Source: a virus
Strand: one strand, 5' to 3'
IMG/VR virus record: IMGVR_UViG_3300009152_000004
Span: 5,058-69,057 of that record
Length of the DNA: 64,000 nucleotides
Part shown: in pieces, positions 56,876 through 64,000 of the stretch
Layout of the letters: every line of letters starts with the position of its first letter
Numbering within the stretch: position 1 is the first letter of the stretch
Notes under the pieces: generated by a model
Told to the model about the DNA's origin: nothing
The model's input: the letters and a program-made list of their open reading frames with translations, nothing else
Database searches by the model: none
Made by a program: the position numbers and the translations under genes

Positions 56876-57189
56876 CCGACAACGAAGTGCGAGCGTTGTG
56901 TAAATTGCAGGGGGTGGTTTTATATAAGGGCGCGATGCTGCGGCCCGACAACTGCCCGAAACCCGGATATATTCTATTCACTCGGACGGGGTGGTGGTTG
57001 TGCGAAGACTATACTGCGCATGATGCATATATGTGGTTTGCCGATCCACCAAAAAAGAGCGGCTTATACATGGAAGCACCAACCGGGTATAGCGCTGAAG
57101 AATTGGAGTGGATGACAACCCGAACAGATGAGGGCCCCTTTTCCATTCTCGCTGAGAATGGACTACAACAAAACGCAGAACTATCATGA
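56860..57189 (+). CDS. E..AL.KL.G family paralogue
   Basis: LTDNEVRALCKLQGV; AGGAG RBS. Confidence 0.65.
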   Translation: MENKLTDNEVRALCKLQGVVLYKGAMLRPDNCPKPGYILFTRTGWWLCEDYTAHDAYMWFADPPKKSGLYMEAPTGYSAEELEWMTTRTDEGPFSILAENGLQQNAELS

Positions 57190-57401
57190 CCGAAGACACC
57201 CCACTCCGCCCGGAAATCAAAGCGTTAACCTACGCCCAAATCAAAGCCCTGTGCAAACTGCAAGGATGGAAGGCAGTAAAAAAACCGTTTGGTTGGGCGA
57301 TAGACGATCCTAGAGACGAACTGATGTATAAGGGTACTGGTAGGCAACTGAAGCTGGCGTACCAAGACGCGCTGGACACTACGGATAAAGAATGCAACTA
57401 A
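57186..57401 (+). CDS. E..AL.KL.G family paralogue
   Basis: LTYAQIKALCKLQGW...GTGRQLKLAY. Confidence 0.7.
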   Translation: MTEDTPLRPEIKALTYAQIKALCKLQGWKAVKKPFGWAIDDPRDELMYKGTGRQLKLAYQDALDTTDKECN

Positions 57402-57637
57402 CTGAAGACGAAGCCCGCGCTCTGACCAAGCTGCATGGGTGGGAGATCGAAGACGAGCCTGAGCCGTGGAAGTATGAGAACGCCAGATGGTGGGTGTACG
57501 ACGTGATATCCGACCCTAGGCCACTAAACGGCTACAGAGACTATCTGGCCTGCGGCGAGACCATAGCTGAAGCGTATCAAAAAGCTGCGAAAGAATCAGA
57601 CCGGAGGGCCCGACTTGGAACCGCAACTGACCTTTAA
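57392..57637 (+). CDS. E..AL.KL.G family paralogue
   Basis: LTEDEARALTKLHGW...ACGETIAEAY. Confidence 0.7.
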   Translation: MQLTEDEARALTKLHGWEIEDEPEPWKYENARWWVYDVISDPRPLNGYRDYLACGETIAEAYQKAAKESDRRARLGTATDL

Positions 57638-57858
57638 AGAGGTGCAGGCGATCTGCAATATGCGTGGGTGGGTGGGTGCTGTACCGGCCAAGAGAACCCA
57701 AACGTAATATATTGGCCTCCACAGATGCTCACCCAAAGAAATACAAAATATACACCAAAACAGCACCCCATTTTTGGTTAGGCACGGGTAGGACCCCGGG
57801 GCTGACATTGCAACACGCGTTTGATTATTCCGAACAGAACCCTGAGTATGACGTATGA
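57615..57858 (+). pseudogene. frameshifted E..AL.KL.G family paralogue
   Basis: LTFKEVQAICNMRGW in one frame and VLYRP...GTGRTPGLTLQHAF in another, joined at (GTGG)3. Confidence 0.6.
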
Positions 57859-57899
57859 AAACAATTGAAGAAGTAAAAGCGAAATGAGGGAGAGTAATC

Positions 57900-58133
57900 A
57901 TGACCTACACCAAGGAAGAGATTGAAGCGGTGTTGAAACTCGCGGGCCTTAGACTGAAAACAAAAACGAGATCAGCGACAGCGGTGCAATATGGTTTGCA
58001 TCCTTGGGTTGGGCTGATCTATGTCGACCCCGGCAAAGATAATGGACGTGCAATCACATCAGGCGGTGGTGAAACTGAAGAAGAGGCCGTCCAGAAGATG
58101 TTTGCGAACTGGTTGAGGGAGAAGCAGATATGA
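57900..58133 (+). CDS. E..AL.KL.G family paralogue
   Basis: YTKEEIEAVLKLAGL...GGGETEEEAV. Confidence 0.7.
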   Translation: MTYTKEEIEAVLKLAGLRLKTKTRSATAVQYGLHPWVGLIYVDPGKDNGRAITSGGGETEEEAVQKMFANWLREKQI

Positions 58134-58468
58134 GAAAAATAAATCTGACTAAAAAAGAAATCGAAGCGTTGGCGGCGCTTGATGGTGTGAAGATAGCGGT
58201 GACCAGAAGAACCTATAGGGCCGAAACGTACGGGCCCGGCACTTACTATGGGCACATATTTTCGAAGTCCGGTGCGCGGATAATAGATAAAGCCGGGTTC
58301 CAAGGCGAAGGGGAGACCAGCGTGCAGTGTGTGAAAAACACATGGGTCAAGTGGTGTAAGTATTGTGAAGAAAGTGAAGCGACACGAACTGGACTATTAT
58401 TGATAAAGGTGTTGAAGCCCAGCAAGCATGGGACAAAGCATGGGCACGATTCGAATCGGGAGAGGTAG
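58130..58468 (+). CDS. E..AL.KL.G family paralogue
   Basis: LTKKEIEALAALDGV...GEGETSVQCV. Confidence 0.7.
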   Translation: MRKINLTKKEIEALAALDGVKIAVTRRTYRAETYGPGTYYGHIFSKSGARIIDKAGFQGEGETSVQCVKNTWVKWCKYCEESEATRTGLLLIKVLKPSKHGTKHGHDSNRER

Positions 58469-58469
58469 T

Positions 58470-58715
58470 TTGAAGCGTCTAACCCGCGAAGAAAAAATCG
58501 CTCTAATGAAACTCGCGGGGATGGAAGTGCATGAGTATGGGGATGCAAAGTATGCTGGGTACTCTAATTACAACTGTTTATGCGAAATATACCCACCGGG
58601 TTCCAGTCACGTACGTCATAAAGGATACGGCCACACCAAGCAACAAGCCCTGAATAATTGCTTTGCGGCGTTTAAAAACGGACAATTTAAGGTGCAGCCA
58701 AAAGGAGCTAAATAA
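58470..58715 (+). CDS. E..AL.KL.G family paralogue
   Basis: LTREEKIALMKLAGM...GYGHTKQQAL; TTG start after GGAGAGG. Confidence 0.65.
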   Translation: MKRLTREEKIALMKLAGMEVHEYGDAKYAGYSNYNCLCEIYPPGSSHVRHKGYGHTKQQALNNCFAAFKNGQFKVQPKGAK

Positions 58716-58912
58716 TGGACGCAATATGGATCGGTGTGGCGGTAATGATCGGCGGTTTGGTAGGTTACATCGGCGGGGTTCATGCCGGTGTTAAGGCCGT
58801 GCGTGAGACTTTTGCTACAGCAGACCAGTTGTCCGACGGCATGATCAGCCGTGGTTTGAAAGCAGCCAGTAAGAAACACGCTGAGTTGCATAAGAAAGAG
58901 AGGAAAGCCTGA
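58715..58912 (+). CDS. small membrane-anchored protein
   Basis: N-terminal TM, AGGAG RBS. Confidence 0.65.
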   Translation: MDAIWIGVAVMIGGLVGYIGGVHAGVKAVRETFATADQLSDGMISRGLKAASKKHAELHKKERKA

Positions 58913-59655
58913 TGTTCGTAATAAGTACGCGTGCAACACCAAGAATACAAAACTATCATACGGCCAAACAGCTTTATGAAACAACGACGCCAATCCGTGG
59001 TAGCGACATACGCCCCATGGCGCAACAAACAAACAAAAACCAGACCATAGTGGGGGGGCGAGATGAATATGGCGACTACTACGCAGCCCGCCTCTACAAC
59101 ACGAATGTGGTTCGTTATTACCAGAACGGAGATATCAGCTTACACCACGACGGGCACGAAACAGCCTCAACAGCGAGGTTTATTTGGGCGGTCAGCGGTT
59201 TTTCCTGTTCTCTGTTGGGCCATTATATTTGGGTGCGGACGGGCGACGACTTATTTATAATCCCACCCCAAGGGCTCCACCTAAAAAAACCCACGCCAGA
59301 ACACCCATACTCCCGCCCAACCAACCCGGTGCAACTGTATGCACGCAGCTACAACAGGGAGACCACCAAGCGCATCAGGGCGCGAGTAAAGCCGGTACTG
59401 GACTACTGTAAGGTTATACTAAAGGTGGGGGTGGGGCGTTCGTACTGGCCCGTGAATGGGGATTTGGTAGCCAAGATGTTCGCTGGTGAACCACTGGATA
59501 CGCCTGAGTTAGCGGCGCTGTTTAATTCGGGATACGGAGCACTAGAGGCGCTGTACAGTGCTGCTGTTATGTATCGCTTTTGCACCGAAGACGAACTCTA
59601 CATTTATACGCCGTATCCAATAGGTAAATATAAGAAAGGACTGGTAATGCTATGA
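58912..59655 (+). CDS. hypothetical early protein
   Basis: 247 aa, PIRG...RLYNTNVV.Y pattern. Confidence 0.7.
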   Translation: MFVISTRATPRIQNYHTAKQLYETTTPIRGSDIRPMAQQTNKNQTIVGGRDEYGDYYAARLYNTNVVRYYQNGDISLHHDGHETASTARFIWAVSGFSCSLLGHYIWVRTGDDLFIIPPQGLHLKKPTPEHPYSRPTNPVQLYARSYNRETTKRIRARVKPVLDYCKVILKVGVGRSYWPVNGDLVAKMFAGEPLDTPELAALFNSGYGALEALYSAAVMYRFCTEDELYIYTPYPIGKYKKGLVML

Positions 59656-59954
59656 GAGAAGACGAAATGGAAGCGCTGCTCCGGCTGGATAACGCGGGGT
59701 TAAGCGTGGTGCGCGAACAGCAGTTTGCTGGAGATGATTGGTATACCGCATCTATACGACTGCCCGCCGATTATCAGATCACCAACCGGCATGATGACTC
59801 TGGGCAGATGTTCTTATTCCACGGAGAAGGAGAGACACGACAAAAAGCAATAGCTAGTGCATGGCAGAAGTATCAAGAATTTGCGTCCACCGATGTCGGC
59901 ATGAAGGCAATCCAATACGCTGATGGCAACGGTCAGACGATGTTCCGGATGTAG
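59652..59954 (+). CDS. E..AL.KL.G family paralogue (divergent)
   Basis: MREDEMEALLRLDN...GEGETRQKAIASAW. Confidence 0.65.
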   Translation: MREDEMEALLRLDNAGLSVVREQQFAGDDWYTASIRLPADYQITNRHDDSGQMFLFHGEGETRQKAIASAWQKYQEFASTDVGMKAIQYADGNGQTMFRM

Positions 59955-60025
59955 CAGAAGTAAGAGAGAAGAATTACCCAACGTAGTCAAACTTAGCCGC
60001 AATGCGGCACATAAGGAGAGTAAAC

Positions 60026-61117
60026 ATGAGCACCAGTAAAGCAATCGATCTGCGCACCACCGTTTCCCTGCAACAAGCCGAAGCCCTGATCCTCGCTGCC
60101 GGACGTGAAGTGACGTTCATGCTGCAGGGCCCGATGGGTATCGGCAAGTCGTCTCTGTTGGTCAGCATGGCCCAGAAGCTGCCGGAGTATGAGGTGGTCT
60201 ACATGGACATGACGACCAAGGACTTGGGTGATATCAGCGGCGTGCCGAAGGTGGAGACCATCAATGGTGTGGACGTCACGATCTTCGCCCCGAACAGCGA
60301 ACTGCGGCTGCACTCCAACAAGCCCGTGCTGCTGATGCTGGACGAGTTCGGTAAGGCCATGCGCCCGGTGCAGAACACCTGCCTGCGTTTGATGCTTGAG
60401 CGCAAGATGGGTGAGTACGCCCTGCCGGAAGGCAGCATCGTGTTCGGTACGACCAATCTGGTCGGCGAAGGTCTGGGTGATGCGATCCAGCCCCATGCCC
60501 GTAACCGCTTGAGCTTCGTAACTGTCACGTCGCCGGATGCGGATGCGTGGTGTGATTGGGCGATGAACAACGGCGTCCAGCCGGAAGTGATCACTTGGGT
60601 GCATGAGAACCCGCACTGCTTGGCGTCGTTTGCTGATGGTTCGCAGAAAGACAACCCGTATATCTTCCACCCCAACAAGCCTGCTTCGGCGTTCGTGACC
60701 CCGCGTTCGTTGACCAAGGCCAGCCACATCATTAAGCACCGTGGCACGTTGGGTCTGGATGCGACGACAGCGGGTATTGCTGGCTGCGTGGGTGAGTCTG
60801 CGGCGCGTGACCTCATGGCCTTCGCTGATTTGGCCGACAAGCTGCCGACTTGGGAGCAGATCATCAAGACGCCCGAGAAAGCCAAGGTGCCGAAAGACGG
60901 CGATGCGACCTCCTCCTTCATCACGGTGTACAGCGCCATTGGTCGGGTGGAGAAGGACACAATGGACGCGTGGCTGAAGTATTGCCAGCGCCTGCCGATG
61001 GAGTTCCAAGCGGTGTTCTGCACCAATGTTGTCAAGAACACAACCAAGCGCACCGTGGCGATCTCCAACCGCGAGTTCGTTAGCTGGGCGACAAAAAATC
61101 AGTTTCTCTTCGATTAA
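60026..61117 (+). CDS. MoxR-like AAA+ ATPase
   Basis: Walker A GPMGIGKS, Walker B LMLDEF, sensor TTN, R finger NRL, TPRS. Confidence 0.88.
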   Translation: MSTSKAIDLRTTVSLQQAEALILAAGREVTFMLQGPMGIGKSSLLVSMAQKLPEYEVVYMDMTTKDLGDISGVPKVETINGVDVTIFAPNSELRLHSNKPVLLMLDEFGKAMRPVQNTCLRLMLERKMGEYALPEGSIVFGTTNLVGEGLGDAIQPHARNRLSFVTVTSPDADAWCDWAMNNGVQPEVITWVHENPHCLASFADGSQKDNPYIFHPNKPASAFVTPRSLTKASHIIKHRGTLGLDATTAGIAGCVGESAARDLMAFADLADKLPTWEQIIKTPEKAKVPKDGDATSSFITVYSAIGRVEKDTMDAWLKYCQRLPMEFQAVFCTNVVKNTTKRTVAISNREFVSWATKNQFLFD

Positions 61118-61148
61118 GTAATACTTCTTTTGTGTATGGGGGTGGGGT

Positions 61149-61316
61149 ATGAGTGGGAGGATGTTCAAAAGGTGGTGGCCTATGAAGTTAGTAACAGGAG
61201 ATTATGTTTTGATCGACTCTCATGCTACTTATGAGTCTCAACTCTACCCCACCCCCATGCCAATTGATGAAGCAGAGGCACTAGCGAAGTTGCTCAACGC
61301 AGCGGAAGAGGAGTAG
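61149..61316 (+). CDS. small paralogue 1 with P.MP..EA.ALAKLLN C-terminus
   Basis: Translated by hand: ...YPTPMPIDEAEALAKLLNAAEEE. Confidence 0.65.
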   Translation: MSGRMFKRWWPMKLVTGDYVLIDSHATYESQLYPTPMPIDEAEALAKLLNAAEEE

Positions 61317-61318
61317 AT

Positions 61319-61510
61319 ATGGCCGTGATGAAGCGAATTAAGAGATCGAGACGGACGGGGTTTTATTGTGAGAGCCGGGGTGATGGGACTGCGTATATAC
61401 GCCAATACAGACATGGCCTCAAATGCAATAAACCTGTGCATCCTGACCCAATGCCCATCGAAGAAGCTGCGGCGTTGGCTAAGTTACTGAATGCAGCGGA
61501 AGAGGAGTGA
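61319..61510 (+). CDS. small paralogue 2
   Basis: ...HPDPMPIEEAAALAKLLNAAEEE. Confidence 0.7.
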   Translation: MAVMKRIKRSRRTGFYCESRGDGTAYIRQYRHGLKCNKPVHPDPMPIEEAAALAKLLNAAEEE

Positions 61511-61512
61511 AG

Positions 61513-61575
61513 ATGAAAATCAAAACGCAAGACCTTGAAGGCAGCGCCCTTGATTGGGCGGGGGCGAAGTGCTAG
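61513..61575 (+). pseudogene. truncated DUF2591/NinX-like N-terminus
   Basis: MKIKTQDLEGSALDWAGAKC then TAG. Confidence 0.4.
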
Positions 61576-61594
61576 ACGAGTTGAAGGGGAAATA

Positions 61595-61798
61595 ATGGAA
61601 AACGAGATTGTAGAAATTATTTCCACCCAAGGTGAGTGGGGCGTATGGCCGGTTAGCGTGAGCGGTATACCCTATGGGGTTATATATGGAGGTCCGGACT
61701 ACGAGCATGTGTGGACCCACCGACCCTGTATGCCCTACCCTGAAGCAGTTGCGATGTGTAAGTTGATGAATGCCGGGTTGGGTACGAAGAGGGGGTGA
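61595..61798 (+). CDS. small paralogue 3
   Basis: ...HRPCMPYPEAVAMCKLMNAG. Confidence 0.65.
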   Translation: MENEIVEIISTQGEWGVWPVSVSGIPYGVIYGGPDYEHVWTHRPCMPYPEAVAMCKLMNAGLGTKRG

Positions 61799-61800
61799 TC

Positions 61801-62052
61801 ATGGCAAAAGTAATCAGAATCGTACTGGAAGATGGGCGGGAGTATGGGCTGGTTTCTGATCAACACGGTAAAGGGCTTGACCCGGGCGTAGTACACCCCG
61901 CCATGCCAATTGCGCAGGTGGAGGCGATGGTCAAAGTAATCAACGGTATCGAGGAGCAAGCACGAAAGGAGAAACGCGAAGAGGAAAGACTGAAGCGGGA
62001 GCAGCAGAAGAAACAGTTACAGGCGGCAAACAAAGCGCTGGGATTTAAGTAG
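61801..62052 (+). CDS. small paralogue 4 with charged tail
   Basis: ...HPAMPIAQVEAMVKVINGIEE. Confidence 0.65.
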   Translation: MAKVIRIVLEDGREYGLVSDQHGKGLDPGVVHPAMPIAQVEAMVKVINGIEEQARKEKREEERLKREQQKKQLQAANKALGFK

Positions 62053-62073
62053 TTCAACAACAGGAGAGTAAAC

Positions 62074-63258
62074 ATGAGCACCAATAAAGCAAGCAACACC
62101 GCAGGAATGACGCTGGAGCAACGGCTGCAGAAGGCTAACTTCTCGGTCATTCAGCACATCAAGCATTGCGCAATCAGTGGCGTGGTGATGTATGGCAAGA
62201 CCCACATCATAGACGATCCACAGATCACCGCCTACACCGACGGTCGTGACATCAAGTACGGTCGGCCTTTCATTGAGGGTCTGTCGATGGAGGAACTGCG
62301 CTTCGTGGTATTGCACGAGAACTATCACAAAGCGTTTCGTCATATGACCACATGGAAAAGCCTCTGGAAACAAAGCCCGCAGTTGGCAAATATGGCCTGT
62401 GACTTCGTGATCAATCTGGCGCTGCACGATCTGGACGCGGGCGAGGGTTTCATCAAGCTGACCCCCGGGGTCTGTATGGACGAGAAGTATCGTGGCATGG
62501 ACGCAGGTGCGGTGTTCCGTGATCTAATGAAGAACGCTCAGAAGCAGAAAGGCGGCGGGGGTAAGGGCCACGATCAACACGGCTGGGAAGATGCCAACCA
62601 GATGTCCCAAGAAGAGCAGCAGGCGGTTGCAGCAGAGATCGACCGGGCGTTGCGTCAGGGTCAGGTGTTGGCGGGCAAGCGTGCTGGCGGTATGGACCGC
62701 GCTCTCGGTGAGTTGTTGGAGCCCCAGATTGACTGGCGTGAAGTTCTGCGTGAGTTTGTGACGTCCATCTGTTCTGGCCGCGATATGTCAACGTGGCGGA
62801 AGGTCAATAAGCGCCATGTGGGTCGTGGGGTATACATGCCCGGTAGCTACAGCGAGGCCGTGGGGCGCATTGTGATCGGCGTCGATACGTCGGGTTCCAT
62901 TGGTGACGCGGAGTTGGCCGAGTTCATGGCGGAGGTCGTAGGGGTGTGCAAGGCCGTGTCTCCGGAAGTGGTTGATCTGCTGTATTGGGACACCGCTGTG
63001 GCAGGCCATGAGAAGTATGGTGTTACCGAACTCGACCAGATTCCCTCCAGCACCAAGCCGAAGGGCGGCGGGGGTACCGATGTTGAGTGCGTGTCGAACT
63101 ACATCCGCGAGAAAGACCTGAAGCCCGAGTGTGTTATAATTCTCAGCGATGGGTATTTGGGTGGTGGGTGGGGTGAATGGGGCGGTGTGCCGGTGTTGTG
63201 GTGCATTGCAGGGAATAAGGTAATTGCCCCCGTGGGGAAAACTGTGCATATCAATTGA
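62074..63258 (+). CDS. metallopeptidase-vWA protein (DUF2201-like)
   Basis: TAYTDG, LHENYH (HExxH), N.ACD.VIN, MIDAS DTSGS, GGGGTD, LSDG. Confidence 0.88.
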   Translation: MSTNKASNTAGMTLEQRLQKANFSVIQHIKHCAISGVVMYGKTHIIDDPQITAYTDGRDIKYGRPFIEGLSMEELRFVVLHENYHKAFRHMTTWKSLWKQSPQLANMACDFVINLALHDLDAGEGFIKLTPGVCMDEKYRGMDAGAVFRDLMKNAQKQKGGGGKGHDQHGWEDANQMSQEEQQAVAAEIDRALRQGQVLAGKRAGGMDRALGELLEPQIDWREVLREFVTSICSGRDMSTWRKVNKRHVGRGVYMPGSYSEAVGRIVIGVDTSGSIGDAELAEFMAEVVGVCKAVSPEVVDLLYWDTAVAGHEKYGVTELDQIPSSTKPKGGGGTDVECVSNYIREKDLKPECVIILSDGYLGGGWGEWGGVPVLWCIAGNKVIAPVGKTVHIN

Positions 63259-63266
63259 GGTGACTA

Positions 63267-63749
63267 ATGCGAAAAACACATGGTATGTCGAGCGCGGTTG
63301 CGCTTGGCCGGGGGCAAGCAAGCATATATAAAATATGGAGCAACATAAAACAGCGGTGTCATAACCCACAAAACCCGCGATATAAAGACTATGGGGGGCG
63401 CGGGGTTACCATGTGCAAACGCTGGCGCGATAACTTCGAGGCGTTTCTTTTGGATGTTGGTGATCGGCCCGATGATCTAACCATTGACAGGATAGATAAT
63501 AATCGTGGATATACCCCCAAAAATGTGCGTTGGGTTAGCCGTGCCGACAACAACCGTAATAGCCGTAGGTGCGTAATGGTTGAGATCAACGGGGTTAAAA
63601 AGCCGATAAATGTGTGGTGTCGGGAGCACAGAATTCCTTACGTTACGTATAAAGCCCGTAGACGTCTTGGGTGGGATATTGTGCGAGCAGTGTCGACACC
63701 ACCAAGCATTGCGCATAGGAATAGGTTTAAAAAGAAACACATCAAGTAA
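63267..63749 (+). CDS. HNH homing endonuclease
   Basis: W.NIKQRC.NP, YGGRGV..C.RW, TIDRIDNNRGY.PKNVRW. Confidence 0.87.
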   Translation: MRKTHGMSSAVALGRGQASIYKIWSNIKQRCHNPQNPRYKDYGGRGVTMCKRWRDNFEAFLLDVGDRPDDLTIDRIDNNRGYTPKNVRWVSRADNNRNSRRCVMVEINGVKKPINVWCREHRIPYVTYKARRRLGWDIVRAVSTPPSIAHRNRFKKKHIK

Positions 63750-63797
63750 GACCAAACCCCCCGCTTCGGCGGGGGCCCCCAATGGGAACCCAATACC

Positions 63798-64000
63798 ATG
63801 ACTGAAGACCAAGTCCGGGCTATGTCCGACGAAGAAGTATTAGCTATGTGCAAAATGATGGGTATAGGTGTGCACTACGACTCGACGTCCATACTGCAAA
63901 AGTGCACCCTGCAACACAAAACTCACCCATGCGGCTGCGACGGTAATGGGTATAACGCCACTATTACGTCCGGTATTTCCCTGCAACACGCTTGGTGGAG
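63798..64000 (+). CDS. E..AL.KL.G family paralogue, truncated by the window edge
   Basis: Translated by hand: MTEDQVRAMSDEEVLAMCKMMGI...SGISLQHAWW. Confidence 0.6.
   Translation, partial: MTEDQVRAMSDEEVLAMCKMMGIGVHYDSTSILQKCTLQHKTHPCGCDGNGYNATITSGISLQHAWW

Noticed and set aside
59993-61168. Long antisense ORFs (391 aa and 289 aa) opposite the AAA+ gene, and similar ones opposite terL, portal and capsid
   Set aside because: Typical shadow frames of GC-rich, codon-biased genes; no RBS or recognisable motifs
63757-63775. GC hairpins at 63757 and 42630 as terminators
   Set aside because: Good stems but no U tract in the direction of transcription; may be stability or processing hairpins
1-64000. 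Stop-codon recoding, tRNA genes, integrase or att site
   Set aside because: Genes are full length in the standard code and use all three stops; no cloverleaf or recombinase motifs were seen by eye

Overview
This window holds most of the genome of a dsDNA tailed phage with a podovirus-like layout. The host is probably a proteobacterium, inferred from sigma70 promoters, IHF consensus sites and a boxA. No integrase, RNA polymerase, tRNA or CRISPR array was seen. The + strand at 1-13.3 kb carries small middle genes and a replication module: PolA, Cas4-like exonuclease, SNF2 helicase, SSB-like protein and an AEP primase/DUF927 helicase. The - strand at 13.45-51.8 kb is the late operon: TerS/TerL, portal, GroES, scaffold, Mu-gpT-like capsid, tail proteins, two glycosyltransferases plus a methyltransferase, holin/endolysin and ejection proteins ending in a 1991-aa metallopeptidase-containing protein. 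53.3-55.3 kb is a non-coding control region, and 55.3-64 kb (+) holds early genes including a MoxR-type AAA+ ATPase and a vWA metallopeptidase. Highlights are: (1) a promoter-to-terminator ~70-nt sRNA whose unpaired linker is antisense to the ribosome-binding sites of several of the phage's own genes; (2) about 12 small paralogues sharing an E..AL.KL.G helix and a G.G.T..EA motif, plus four more with a related helix nested between the AAA+ and vWA genes; (3) an array of 12 TGTTCCA iterons interleaved with IHF sites; (4) a long structured boxA leader; (5) a double-pseudoknot RNA downstream of the capsid gene; (6) a recurrent [FYM]xxGG motif in putative capsid-internal proteins; (7) eight free-standing HNH/EndoVII nucleases. 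All calls were made by eye without database searches.
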